NCBI GenBank assembly: GCA_963702435.1
Contig: CAVPCR010000001.1
Coordinates: 1,480,435 to 1,544,434 of the forward strand
From: Candidatus Eiseniibacteriota bacterium
GTDB taxonomy: Bacteria; Eisenbacteria; RBG-16-71-46; CAVPCR01
Direction: 5' to 3'
DNA length: 64,000 nt
Shown: positions 37,252 through 47,577 of the stretch, in pieces
Position numbering within the stretch: position 1 is the stretch's first letter
Layout of the letters: every line of letters begins with the position of its first letter
Translations under genes and position numbers: made by a program
Notes under the pieces: model-generated
What the model saw: the letters and a program-made list of their open reading frames with translations, nothing else
Database searches by the model: none
Told to the model about the DNA's origin: nothing

Positions 37252-39428
37252 GCCGCGCTCTTCCCGTGGTGGGGCGCCGAGTCGTCCACCGGGAGGGTGA
37301 AGCGGAAGGTGGCGCCGGTCATCGTCTCGCGATCCGCGGGCTCCGCATCCGCCCACAACCGCCCGCCGTGCGCCTCCACGATCGAACGGCTGATCGGCAA
37401 ACCCAGTCCCATCCCCGACTCCTTCGTCGTGTAGAACGGCTCGAACAACCGCTTCCGCTCCGCCGCCGTCAACCCCCGCCCCGTGTCGCTCACCGCCACC
37501 TCCACCTCCCCGTCCTTCACCACCCGCGTCCGCACCGTGATCCGCCGCTCGCCCTCGCTCCCCTCGCCCATCGCCTCCCAGGCATTCCGCAGCAGGTTCA
37601 GTATCACCTGCTGCACCTGCACCGCGTCCGCCCGCACCGCCGGCAGCTCCGCCCCCAGGTCCAGCTCCACCTTCACCCGCCGCACCCGCACATCCGCCGC
37701 CGCCAGCTCCACCACCGCCTGCACCAGCCGGTTCACGTCCTCCGCCCGTCGCTCCGTCTCTCCCCGCCGTGCGAACGCCCGCCACTGATGGATGAACCGC
37801 CCCGCCCGCGCCGCCTCCGCCATCGCCTCCTCGAGCGCCCCACCCAGCGCCGGCGGCATCACCGTGCGCTCCGCGCTCAGCAGCCGCCGCCCTGCGTCCA
37901 GGTAGTTGAGCACCGCCGTCAGCGGCTGGTTCAGCTCGTGCGCCAGCCCCGACGCCATCTCCCCGAGCGTCGACAGCCGCGCCACGCGCGCCAGTTCATC
38001 TTGTAGTCGCTTGAGCCGCTCCTCCACCGCCTTCCGCTCGCTCACATCGCGGGTGACCGCAATGATACCCTCGATCGCTCCCCCCGGCTCGGCCAGCCGC
38101 TTGCAGGTCGACTCGATCCAGGCATAGCGCTCGTCCTTCCGCCGAAAGCGATAGGCCACTGTCACCGTGTCGGTGGTCGACAGCACCCGGGTCCGTACCT
38201 GCCGGATCATCTCCGCATCGTCCGGGTGCGCGAACTCGAAGACGCTCCGTCCCACCACTTCCTCGGGGGCGTAACCGGTGACCGAGCGACTGGCCGGAGA
38301 CACGTAGGTGTGGACACCCTCGGGCGTGAGGCGCGTGATGACATCGGTCACATGGTCGGCGAGGAGGCGATAGAGATCGACGCTCCGCTGGAGCGACTCG
38401 TCGGCGCGCATCCGCTCCGCCACCTCGCGCTTCAGCTCCTCGTTGGCCCCGTTGAGCTCCGCCGTGCGCTCCGCCACCCGAAACTCGAGATGGTCGAGGA
38501 GACGCTCGAGCTCGCCGTGCGCTTCGTTGAGCTCCTCGTGCGCCTGCTTGAGCGACTCGTGCGACTCCCGCGCCGCCGCTTCCGCTCGGTTACGGTCCGT
38601 GACGTCGAGGGCCAGGCCGAGGACGCCGATCGTGCGGCCCGTCGCGTCGCGCAGCGGCTCCACGTGCGACTCGAAGGCCCGCCCCGCCCAGTGGCCCTCG
38701 TAGGTGACCGCCTCCCCGGCCAGCGCGCGCCGATGCGCGGCTATCGGCGGGAAGTCCGGGTCCTCCGTCGCGAAGTAGTCCTCGAGCCGCATGCCCAGGA
38801 CCTCGTTCGGCGCCCGGCCGAGATCGGCCAGGCCGCGCCCGGTGCTCGACATGAAGACGAGATCCCGATCGGTGGTCCAGATCACCGCCGGCATCTGCTC
38901 GATCATGAGCCGGAGCTGCGCTCCGTGTTCGCTGTCGGTGTCGGCAGCGAGCTTCAACTCGGTCACGTCCTCGGCGATGCCCACGTACCACTCGCCGCGC
39001 TCCGGAGCGGGCACCATCCGGCCGGACCCGCGAATCCAGCGCACCGAGCCATCGGCGCGCCGGATCCGGAAGACCTGATGGCTTGCGAGCGGCTTCCCCG
39101 CGACGCGATCCCGCATGGCGCTCTCGAGAGCCGCCCGGTCACCGGGATCGATGGGCGCGGCCCAGTCGCCGTGAGCATAGATCGTCGACGCCGGCTGTCC
39201 CCAGATGCGCTCGAAGGCGGGGCTCATGTAGATGACGCGGCTCAGATCGGGGGCGATGATCCAGAAGATGCGGTCGAGGTGCTCGACGATCGAGCCGAAC
39301 ACCTGCTCGCGCTCGCGGAGGCTCGCGAGCTCCGCATCGCGCTCGGCGAGCGTGCGTTCAAGAGCGGCCAGGCGGGATCTGAGCTCGGCGGCCGCCGGAT
39401 CGAGCTCGGCCCGCGATTCGCGGCGCAT
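37248..39428 (-). CDS. Multi-PAS sensor histidine kinase
   Basis: Three PAS domains, LAHELNQPL, NLLRNA, DTGRG, GMGLGL. Confidence 0.93.
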   Translation of the reverse strand: MRRESRAELDPAAAELRSRLAALERTLAERDAELASLREREQVFGSIVEHLDRIFWIIAPDLSRVIYMSPAFERIWGQPASTIYAHGDWAAPIDPGDRAALESAMRDRVAGKPLASHQVFRIRRADGSVRWIRGSGRMVPAPERGEWYVGIAEDVTELKLAADTDSEHGAQLRLMIEQMPAVIWTTDRDLVFMSSTGRGLADLGRAPNEVLGMRLEDYFATEDPDFPPIAAHRRALAGEAVTYEGHWAGRAFESHVEPLRDATGRTIGVLGLALDVTDRNRAEAAARESHESLKQAHEELNEAHGELERLLDHLEFRVAERTAELNGANEELKREVAERMRADESLQRSVDLYRLLADHVTDVITRLTPEGVHTYVSPASRSVTGYAPEEVVGRSVFEFAHPDDAEMIRQVRTRVLSTTDTVTVAYRFRRKDERYAWIESTCKRLAEPGGAIEGIIAVTRDVSERKAVEERLKRLQDELARVARLSTLGEMASGLAHELNQPLTAVLNYLDAGRRLLSAERTVMPPALGGALEEAMAEAARAGRFIHQWRAFARRGETERRAEDVNRLVQAVVELAAADVRVRRVKVELDLGAELPAVRADAVQVQQVILNLLRNAWEAMGEGSEGERRITVRTRVVKDGEVEVAVSDTGRGLTAAERKRLFEPFYTTKESGMGLGLPISRSIVEAHGGRLWADAEPADRETMTGATFRFTLPVDDSAPHHGKSAA

Positions 39429-39460
39429 CGGGATCTCCTGCGTTCAAGAATTGACGAAGT

Positions 39461-41632
39461 TCACGATTCTCCGCCCGGGAGCATGGCCGCGAGGGTGAAG
39501 CGGAAGGTGGCGCCGGTCATCGTCTCGCGATCCGCGGGCTCCGCATCCGCCCACAACCGCCCGCCGTGCGCCTCCACGATCGAACGGCTGATCGGCAAAC
39601 CCAGTCCCATCCCCGACTCCTTCGTCGTGTAGAACGGCTCGAACAACCGCTTCCGCTCCGCCGCCGTCAACCCCCGCCCCGTGTCGCTCACCGCCACCTC
39701 CACCTCCCCGTCCTTCACCACCTGCGTCCGCACCGTGATCCGCCGCTCGCCCTCGCTCCCCTCGCCCATCGCCTCCCAGGCATTCCGCAGCAGGTTCAGT
39801 ATCACCTGCTGCACCTGCACCGCGTCCGCCCGCACCGCCGGCAGCTCCGCCCCCAGGTCCAGCTCCACCTTCACCCGCCGCACCCGCACATCCGCCGCCG
39901 CCAGCTCCACCACCGCCTGCACCAGCCGGTTCACGTCCTCCGCCCGTCGCTCCGTCTCTCCCCGCCGCGCGAACGCCCGCCACTGATGGATGATCCGCCC
40001 CGCCCGCGCCGCCTCCGCCATCGCCTCCTCGAGCGCCCCACCCAGCGCCGGCGGCATCACCGTGCGCTCCGCGCTCAGCAGCCGCCGCCCTGCATCCAGG
40101 TAGTTGAGCACGGCCGTCAGCGGCTGGTCCAGCTCGTGCGCCAGCCCCGACGCCATCTCCCCGAGCGTCGACAGCCGCGCCGCGTGCGCCAGCTCATCTT
40201 GTAGTCGCTTGAGCCGCTCCTCCACCGCCTTCCGCTCGCTCACGTCGCGCATCACGGACACGATCTCGCGGCAGGCGCCTCCGTCCTCGGCGACTCGCCG
40301 GGCGTTCACCTCGACCCAGCGATAGCTGCCGGCCTTGTGAGCCAGGCGAAAGCTCACGGTCACCCGCCCCGAACCGGCGAGGACCTCCTGGTGAGCCAGG
40401 GCCACGATCTGCAGATCATCCGGATGCACGAGCTTGTAGTTCGCCAGCCCGATGAGCTCCTCGGGCGCGAAACCCAGGATGTTCCGGTAGGCCGGCGACA
40501 CGTACTGGTAGCGGCCGTTCACATCGAACCGTGCGATGCCGTCGGTCGCGTTCTCGGCGAGGAGGCGATAGAGATCGACGCTCCGCTGGAGCGACTCGTC
40601 GGCGCGCATCCGCTCCGCCACCTCGCGCTTCAGCTCCTCGTTGGCCCCGCGCAGCTCCGCCGTGCGCTCCGCCACCCGCAACTCGAGATGGTCGAGGAGA
40701 CGCTCGAGCTCGCCGTGCGCTTCGTTGAGCTCCTCGTGCGCATGCTTGAGCGACTCGTGCGACTCCCGCGCCGCCGCTTCCGCTCGGTTACGATCCGTGA
40801 CGTCGAGGGCCAGGCCGAGGACGCCGATCGTGCGGCCCGTCGCGTCGCGGAGCGGCTCCACGTGCGACTCGAAGGCGCGCCCCGCCCAGTGGCCCTCGTA
40901 GGTGACCGCCTCCCCGGCCAGCGCGCGCCGATGCGCAGCGATCGGCGGGAAGTCCGGGTCCTCCGTCGCGAAGTAGTCCGCGAGCCGCATGCCCAGGACC
41001 TCGTTCGGCGCCCGGCCGATATCGGCCAGGCCGCGCCCGGTGCTCGACATGAAGACGAGATCCCGATCGGTGGTCCAGATCACCGCCGGCAGCTGTTCGG
41101 CCATGAGCCGGAGTAGGGCCTCGCGCTCGCTCTCGGCGTCGGCAGCGAGCTTCAACTCGGTCACGTCCTCGGCGATCCCCACGTACCACTCGCCGCGCTC
41201 CGGCACGGTGACGACGACCCCGGAGCTGCGGAGCCAGCGGATCGTGTCGTCCGGGCGGACGACGCGGAAGATCGTGTATCTCGGATCCGGGATCTGACCG
41301 CTCAGGCGCGCGGCGACCGCCGCGAGCACGCGCTCCCGATCGTCGGGATGAATGGCGGCGATCCAGGACCGCGTATCCGCGTAGATGCTCGCGCGCGAGC
41401 GCCCGAGGATGCGCTCGGTGGCCGGACTCAGGTAGATCATGCGGCTCTGGTCCGGCGTGATGATCCAGAAGACCCGGTCGAGATTCTCGACGATCGTCCG
41501 GAACATCGCCTCCCGCTCGCGCTCCGCACGGAGCTCCGCATCGCGCTCGCCGATGGCGCGCTCGACGGCGGCGATGCGGGCCTTCAGGTCAGGGGGCTGC
41601 GGATCGATGGCGGCGGGCGGTTCGGTCGGCAT
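39461..41632 (-). CDS. Multi-PAS sensor histidine kinase (tandem paralogue)
   Basis: Same architecture; LAHELDQPL; near-identical DNA blocks at offset 2198. Confidence 0.93.
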   Translation of the reverse strand: MPTEPPAAIDPQPPDLKARIAAVERAIGERDAELRAEREREAMFRTIVENLDRVFWIITPDQSRMIYLSPATERILGRSRASIYADTRSWIAAIHPDDRERVLAAVAARLSGQIPDPRYTIFRVVRPDDTIRWLRSSGVVVTVPERGEWYVGIAEDVTELKLAADAESEREALLRLMAEQLPAVIWTTDRDLVFMSSTGRGLADIGRAPNEVLGMRLADYFATEDPDFPPIAAHRRALAGEAVTYEGHWAGRAFESHVEPLRDATGRTIGVLGLALDVTDRNRAEAAARESHESLKHAHEELNEAHGELERLLDHLELRVAERTAELRGANEELKREVAERMRADESLQRSVDLYRLLAENATDGIARFDVNGRYQYVSPAYRNILGFAPEELIGLANYKLVHPDDLQIVALAHQEVLAGSGRVTVSFRLAHKAGSYRWVEVNARRVAEDGGACREIVSVMRDVSERKAVEERLKRLQDELAHAARLSTLGEMASGLAHELDQPLTAVLNYLDAGRRLLSAERTVMPPALGGALEEAMAEAARAGRIIHQWRAFARRGETERRAEDVNRLVQAVVELAAADVRVRRVKVELDLGAELPAVRADAVQVQQVILNLLRNAWEAMGEGSEGERRITVRTQVVKDGEVEVAVSDTGRGLTAAERKRLFEPFYTTKESGMGLGLPISRSIVEAHGGRLWADAEPADRETMTGATFRFTLAAMLPGGES

Positions 41633-41829
41633 GGGGTCTCCGGACGGCGGCAGGGAGGTGGACGGCATGTCCGAGATCGATGCCGGCGCGGGCATCCATG
41701 GTAGCCGCGAGTGGCGGCGGCGGCAACCTCCGCCCGAACCGCTTCCCGCACCCGCACCGTTCTGCGCTATCATGGTGGGCTTCCGCTCCGGTCCGGATCA
41801 GCCAACCTCCGCGTAGAGGAGTCCGCAAG

Positions 41830-44139
41830 ATGCCACTGGTCGAGAGCTCGCCTGCCTTCGTGAGCCGCGCCTACGTTCGCATGGAGGAGAACCTCCCGAT
41901 CCTCCGCCGGCGCCTCGGCCGCCCGCTCACCCTCGCCGAGAAGATCCTCTACACCCACCTCGAGGACCCCGAGCGCCAGGAGCTCGCGCCGGGGAAGGCC
42001 TACCTCGCCCTCCATCCCGACCGCGTCGCCATGCAGGACGCGACGGCGCAGATGGCGCTCCTCCAGTTCATGCAGGCGGGGCTCCCGCAGGTGGCGGTGC
42101 CGACGACCGTGCACTGCGATCACCTGATCCAGGCGCGCACCGGCGCCGCCGCCGACATGAAGCTCGCGCTCAGCGAGAACGGCGAGGTCTACGAGTTCCT
42201 GCGCTCGGTCTCGGCCAGGTACGGCATCGGCTTCTGGCAGCCGGGCGCCGGGATCATCCATCAGGTGGTGCTCGAGAACTACGCGTTCCCGGGCGGGCTC
42301 CTGATCGGCACCGACTCGCACACGCCGAACGCGGGCGGCCTCGGCATGTGCGCGGTGGGTGTGGGCGGCGCCGATGCGGTGGACGTGATGGCCGGCTTCC
42401 CGTGGGAGGTGCTCGCGCCGGAGCTCATCGGCGTCCGGCTCACCGGGGAGCTCTCCGGATGGACGGCGCCGAAGGACGTCATCCTCTACCTCTGCGGGCT
42501 CCTCACCGTGAAGGGCGGCACCAACAAGATCGTCGAGTACTTCGGCCCCGGCACGCGCTCGATCAGCGCGACCGGCAAGGGCACCATCTGCAACATGGGG
42601 GCCGAGCTCGGCGCCACGACCTCGGTCTTCCCGTTCGACGAGCGCATGGACGCCTACCTGCGCGCCACGCAGCGCGCGGAGCTGGCCGATCTCGCCGCGA
42701 AGCACGCTCAGCTCCTCGCCGCCGATCCCGAAGTGGAGAAGGACCCGGAGAAGTTCTACGGGCAGGTCATCGAGATCGATCTCTCGCGGCTCGAGCCCCA
42801 TGTCGTCGGCCCGCACACGCCCGATCTCGCGCGGCCGGTGTCGCGGCTCGCCGCCGACGCCGCCGCGGAGGGTTACCCCGACCGCATCTCGAGCGCCCTC
42901 ATCGGGAGCTGCACCAACTCCTCCTACGAGGACATCGCGCGCGCGGCCGACGTCGCCGCGCAGGCGACCGCGCACCGGCAGCGCATGGCGACCCCGCTCC
43001 TCGTCACTCCGGGGAGCGACCAGATCTTCGCGACCATCCGCCGCGACGGGCTCATGGCCAAGCTCGAGGCGGTGGGCGGCACGGTGCTCGCGAACGCGTG
43101 CGGGCCGTGCATCGGGCAGTGGCAGCGCGACGACGTGAAGAAGGGCGAGCCCAACTCGATCATCACCTCCTTCAACCGGAACTTCCCGGCCCGCAACGAC
43201 TCGAACCCGGAGACGATGGCCTTCATCGCGAGCCCCGAGATCGTCATGGCCTACGGCCTCGCCGGCCGCCTCTCGGTGAACCCGCTCACCGATTCCCTGA
43301 CCGCGCCCGACGGGACGACCTGGCGGCTCGCGCCGCCCGCGCCCGCGCCCGAGCTGCCGGCCGCCGGCTTCGCCGCCGCCGCGGACGGCTACGTGCCGCC
43401 GGCCGCGAAGCCCGACCTCGTCCAGGTGCGGATCGACAAGGCATCCAAGCGCCTCGCCGCGCTCGCGCCGTTCTCCCCGCCGCGCTTCGACAAGTTCTCG
43501 GAGATGCCGGTCCTCATGAAGACCAGGGGCAAGACCACGACCGACCACATCTCCCCGGCCGGCTCCTGGCTCCGCTTCCGCGGCCACCTCGACGCGATCA
43601 GCGACAACATGCTGACCGGCGCCACCAATGCCTTCTCCGGCGAGCGCGGCGCGACCATCGACCAGACGACCGGCGAGCGCGGGAAGCCCGCGCCCGCGGT
43701 GGCGCGGCGCTACAAGGCCGCCGGCTTGAACTGGGTCGTGGTGGGAGACGAGAACTACGGCGAGGGCTCGAGTCGCGAACACGCGGCCATGTCGCCGCGA
43801 CATCTGGGCGCCGTGGCCATCATCGCGAAGAGCTTCGCCCGCATCCACGAGACCAATCTCAAGAAGCAGGGCCTCCTGCCGCTCTCCTTCGTGAATGCGG
43901 CCGACTACGACCGCGTGCGCGAGACCGACCGCATCACGCTCGCCGACGCCGCCGTGATCGAGCCCGGCCGGCGGCTCTCCGCCGTGATCCTCCACGCCGA
44001 CGGTTCGCGCGAGACGATCGAGCTCGCGCACACGCTGAGCCGCGAGCAGATCGCCTGGTTCCGCGCCGGCTCGGCGCTCAACCTCCTCCGCGAGCGGGAG
44101 GAGAAGAAGCAGCAAGGAACGAGCGCCGGGCGCCGATAA
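41830..44139 (+). CDS. Aconitate hydratase (mitochondrial-like type)
   Basis: DRVAMQDATAQMA, HCDHLI, IGSCTNSSYED, NACGPCIGQW, GEGSSREHAA. Confidence 0.96.
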   Translation: MPLVESSPAFVSRAYVRMEENLPILRRRLGRPLTLAEKILYTHLEDPERQELAPGKAYLALHPDRVAMQDATAQMALLQFMQAGLPQVAVPTTVHCDHLIQARTGAAADMKLALSENGEVYEFLRSVSARYGIGFWQPGAGIIHQVVLENYAFPGGLLIGTDSHTPNAGGLGMCAVGVGGADAVDVMAGFPWEVLAPELIGVRLTGELSGWTAPKDVILYLCGLLTVKGGTNKIVEYFGPGTRSISATGKGTICNMGAELGATTSVFPFDERMDAYLRATQRAELADLAAKHAQLLAADPEVEKDPEKFYGQVIEIDLSRLEPHVVGPHTPDLARPVSRLAADAAAEGYPDRISSALIGSCTNSSYEDIARAADVAAQATAHRQRMATPLLVTPGSDQIFATIRRDGLMAKLEAVGGTVLANACGPCIGQWQRDDVKKGEPNSIITSFNRNFPARNDSNPETMAFIASPEIVMAYGLAGRLSVNPLTDSLTAPDGTTWRLAPPAPAPELPAAGFAAAADGYVPPAAKPDLVQVRIDKASKRLAALAPFSPPRFDKFSEMPVLMKTRGKTTTDHISPAGSWLRFRGHLDAISDNMLTGATNAFSGERGATIDQTTGERGKPAPAVARRYKAAGLNWVVVGDENYGEGSSREHAAMSPRHLGAVAIIAKSFARIHETNLKKQGLLPLSFVNAADYDRVRETDRITLADAAVIEPGRRLSAVILHADGSRETIELAHTLSREQIAWFRAGSALNLLREREEKKQQGTSAGRR

Positions 44140-44149
44140 CTCGAACAAG

Positions 44150-45061
44150 ATGATCGCAGTCGCCACCGATCCGGCCGCCATCGTCGCGGCGCTCGAGACC
44201 GACGGGCTCGTCCTGGTCGAGAACCTGGTGCCCCCGGCCACCCTCGCGGCGATGCAGGAAGCCTTCGCGCGCGTGCTCGGCCAGATGAACTGGAACACGT
44301 CGCCCGGCTACCAGCGCACCGATCGCCACCGGCTCATGGTCGAGGACATCCTGACCCTCGATCCCGCCTTCCAGACCCTCGGTCTCCATCCCTGCATCAA
44401 GGAGATCATGGGGCGTTACATCGGAGAGCACTTCGTGCTCTCCGAGGTGCGCGGCTGGGAGACGGTCGCCTCGCGCGAGAACTTCCATGGCTGGCACAAC
44501 GACGCCTGGTACGACCACAGCCTGCCGGAAGTGCCGCGCGAGGTGAAGCTCGGGCTTTATCTCACGGATGTGGAGAGCGGGTACTTCTCGTACCTCAAGG
44601 GCACGCACGTCCAGAACCGCCACCGGCACTGGAACGACCGCGAGATCGCCCATCTCAAGGATCGCATCGCCCACGTCAAGGGGCGGGCGGGGTCGACCTT
44701 CCTCTTCGACACGGCGGGCATCCACCGCCAGTCGAGCCCGGTGCTCAAGCCGCGACAGGTCGTCTTCTTCAACTACCACGACGGCCGGATCCCGCTCCAG
44801 GAGATCGACCGCCGCGCGTACCGCTACCACCCGCTGATCCTGAACGCGGCCTTCCTCGGCGATCTCTCCACGGAGGATCAGCGCATCCTCGGCTTCGGCA
44901 ATCACAACAAGTACCAGCCCGGATACCGGCCGGAGCATCGCTACCGGCTGCTGGCGGCCGCGTACTCCTGGATGTTCACCCGGGTGCTCGAAGCAGAAAG
45001 CGCCCGCCGCTTCTTCGCGACGGGCGCCGGTTATGTGAAGCGAAAGCTGGGCTTGAGCTGA
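44150..45061 (+). CDS. Phytanoyl-CoA dioxygenase-like Fe/2OG enzyme
   Basis: WHND, LYLTDV, KGTH, FDTAGIHR. Confidence 0.75.
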   Translation: MIAVATDPAAIVAALETDGLVLVENLVPPATLAAMQEAFARVLGQMNWNTSPGYQRTDRHRLMVEDILTLDPAFQTLGLHPCIKEIMGRYIGEHFVLSEVRGWETVASRENFHGWHNDAWYDHSLPEVPREVKLGLYLTDVESGYFSYLKGTHVQNRHRHWNDREIAHLKDRIAHVKGRAGSTFLFDTAGIHRQSSPVLKPRQVVFFNYHDGRIPLQEIDRRAYRYHPLILNAAFLGDLSTEDQRILGFGNHNKYQPGYRPEHRYRLLAAAYSWMFTRVLEAESARRFFATGAGYVKRKLGLS

Positions 45062-45065
45062 GGCG

Positions 45066-45629
45066 TCAGGGCTCCGACGCCGCCGTGATGAGGATCGCCT
45101 TCAACGTGTCGTAGTTGGCGGGAGTGGCCAGGTTGTTCGTCGTGAGGTTGTAGACTCGCTCCACCCGGTTGTCCGGATCGAGCACGAATACATCACGGTA
45201 CACGACCCCCCAGGACGTCCATGCGCTGTCCGCGACTGTATCCTGGAGCCAGGGCAGGTGCCGCCCGGCGCAGACCGCGGCGTTGCCGGCCTCCGCACCG
45301 GCGGCGTTCACGCCGAGGATGTGCACCGCACGCGGCAGGTTCTCGTCGTCGAGGTCCGTCTGGAGCGAATCGAGGTAGCCGAACTGGCTACTGCAATAGC
45401 TTCAGGTGGCGGCCCCGAAGTACCAGGCCGAGATCTGGTCCTCGTACTGGCGCGGCGACACCTGCTGATTGTGGGTGGCCGAGTTCTCGTTCACGTCGAG
45501 GAGCGAGAAGTCGGGCACCACGCCCGCCGGCGGCTCCGGCTGGTTGGGGGCCTCGTCGTCGTCGCAGGCGAGGACCGCGGCCAGGGCCACGGCCAGGGCA
45601 CCGGCGAGCACCCAGCGCGGAACTTTCAT
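45066..45629 (-). CDS. Thioredoxin/redoxin-fold lipoprotein, probable selenoprotein (UGA=Sec at 45402-45404)
   Basis: Lipobox VLAC, PDFSLLDVN, YFGAAT-U-SY-C; frame continues to 45066; hairpin 10 nt after UGA. Confidence 0.82.
45375..45391 (-). promoter_or_regulatory. Putative bacterial SECIS hairpin
   Basis: GTAGCC-AGTTC-GGCTAC starting at nucleotide 11 after the in-frame UGA. Confidence 0.65.
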
Positions 45630-45702
45630 CGACTCCTCCTTGGATCGGCCTCAGGTCAACATCAGCCGTGAATTCTAGCACGACCCGGCGGGCCGAGGGC
45701 CA

Positions 45703-47577
45703 CTACGGCCGGCGAGCGAGCTCGGTGAGGCGCTCGCGGAGCGCCACGGCTTGCGCTCGTGCCGGCGAATCAGGCGCCATGCGCAGGTAGGCCTCCACTT
45801 CCGCCTTCGCCGCCGCATAGCTCCCCAGGTTCCCGAGTGCGAGCCCGTGATAGAGACGCACTTCCGCGTTCTCCGGCGCGAGCATCGCGGCCCGGGCGAG
45901 CAGCGGCTCGGCCGCGGCGAACTCCCCGCGATCCACGAGCACGATGCCGAGATTGCCGTTCACGACCGGATGCGCCGGATCGAGCGAGAGGGCCTTCCTC
46001 CACTCGATCGTCGCGGCGTCCATCTCCCCCGTCCGGGCCAGACTGGTCCCGAGATCCGCGAGCGCGTCGGCATAGAGGGGCGGCGGGGCCGCCAGCGACG
46101 GATCGGGATTCCCCTGCAGGATCTCGAAGAGATGACCTTGGTCGTCATGCCCGAAGAAGAAGGCAGGATGCCGCGCCGCCGGCGTATAGCTCGACAGGAG
46201 CCGCGCCTCGAGCCCCGGCGTGGCGAACCACACATTCAAGGCGCGCCTCTCGACGAGCTGGAAGCCGAGCCCCGCTGGAACGTTCCAGAAGTAGCAGCGC
46301 GCGCTGTCCGGGAAGGCAGGATGGAAGCGCGCCAGATCGTCGCGGAATGCGGTCAGGTATCCCGATGCCCGCCTCACCTCATGGGCGTCGAAGTGGCGGG
46401 CGGCATGCTCGCGCCCGGCGGCGGCAAGGAGGCCCGCGACAGCGAGGACCGTGAACACGGCGACGAAGGGGCGGCCGCGGCGGCCGCCGGCCTGGTGCAG
46501 CGTAAGGAGAAGCACGACGGCTGCGAGCGACGCACCGAGCGCAGGGTAGTAGGCGTAGTGCGAGAAGGGGCTGACGACGGCGATGACGGGCAGAATGCCG
46601 GCCAGGGACCAGAAAGCGACGGCCGGCAGCAGCGCGAGCCCGGCGGCGGACGGCCAGCCGAGCCCCGCGATCGCGGCGAGCGCCCCGCCGGCGAGCGCGA
46701 TCGTCGCCGCGGTCGCGAGCGCCCCGTATGGCCATGCGAATCCGGTGGTCGGCTCGGCGAGAACGAGCGTCTCGAGCGTGAAGATCACCGTCCCCGGATC
46801 GAACCGCCCGAGCAGGTTCCGGCGCCCGAGCTCCGTCGCATGAATCCGGCTCCCCAGATCGTTCCACGGGAGCCAGCGATTGCCGGCGGCCCACGCGGCG
46901 GCGACCACCATGGCTCCGGCCTGGCGCCGCGCGGCCCGCGCGAGGGGTACGCGCTCGACGCACACATCGAAGAGCCAGAGCACGACCGGGATGAAGATCA
47001 CGGTCTCCTTGGCCAGGAGCGCGACAGCGAATAACACCATGTAAAGAACGCGCCGGCTCGTGAGATGCGCCAGGATCGCTGCCAGCCCGAGCGTGGTCGC
47101 GAGGAGATCCTGGATTCCCGAGATCCAGGCCACGGGCGTGCCAGCCGCCGGATGGATCGCGAAGAGCAGAGTCGCGAGCAGCGCCGGCCCTTCGACGCTG
47201 CTGGGCGCCGGAGCGTCCTCGTGCGAGCAGCAAGCCGCCAGCAAGCGGCGCGCGACGAGGAAGAAGAGAACCAGACCGCCGAGCGCCACCGCCAGGTTCG
47301 CCGCGTGAAAGGCGGCCGCCTCGTGGCCGGCGAGGCGGAGCCCGAGCCAGAAGTAGAGGTTCCGCGTCAGCGGGCGATAGTAGCCGCCGAGCGCGTCCGC
47401 GAAGCTCCATTGGTCGATGAATCCGCTCGCACGCGCTCGCTCGAGGAACATGAAGTCCTCGTTGACCCATGAAACGTCGAAGACCCAGACATAGCGGACG
47501 AGGAAGAGGATGCCCACAAGGGCGAGACCGCCGAGTGCGCGCCCGGTCGGGGGCGGATATCGGTGCACCGCGTTCAC
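45703..47577 (-). CDS. Membrane protein (GT-C/PMT-like) with C-terminal TPR
   Basis: NED, YYRPL, FAIHP, LLAKE, many TM helices, TPR tail. Confidence 0.7.
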   Translation of the reverse strand: MNAVHRYPPPTGRALGGLALVGILFLVRYVWVFDVSWVNEDFMFLERARASGFIDQWSFADALGGYYRPLTRNLYFWLGLRLAGHEAAAFHAANLAVALGGLVLFFLVARRLLAACCSHEDAPAPSSVEGPALLATLLFAIHPAAGTPVAWISGIQDLLATTLGLAAILAHLTSRRVLYMVLFAVALLAKETVIFIPVVLWLFDVCVERVPLARAARRQAGAMVVAAAWAAGNRWLPWNDLGSRIHATELGRRNLLGRFDPGTVIFTLETLVLAEPTTGFAWPYGALATAATIALAGGALAAIAGLGWPSAAGLALLPAVAFWSLAGILPVIAVVSPFSHYAYYPALGASLAAVVLLLTLHQAGGRRGRPFVAVFTVLAVAGLLAAAGREHAARHFDAHEVRRASGYLTAFRDDLARFHPAFPDSARCYFWNVPAGLGFQLVERRALNVWFATPGLEARLLSSYTPAARHPAFFFGHDDQGHLFEILQGNPDPSLAAPPPLYADALADLGTSLARTGEMDAATIEWRKALSLDPAHPVVNGNLGIVLVDRGEFAAAEPLLARAAMLAPENAEVRLYHGLALGNLGSYAAAKAEVEAYLRMAPDSPARAQAVALRERLTELARRP

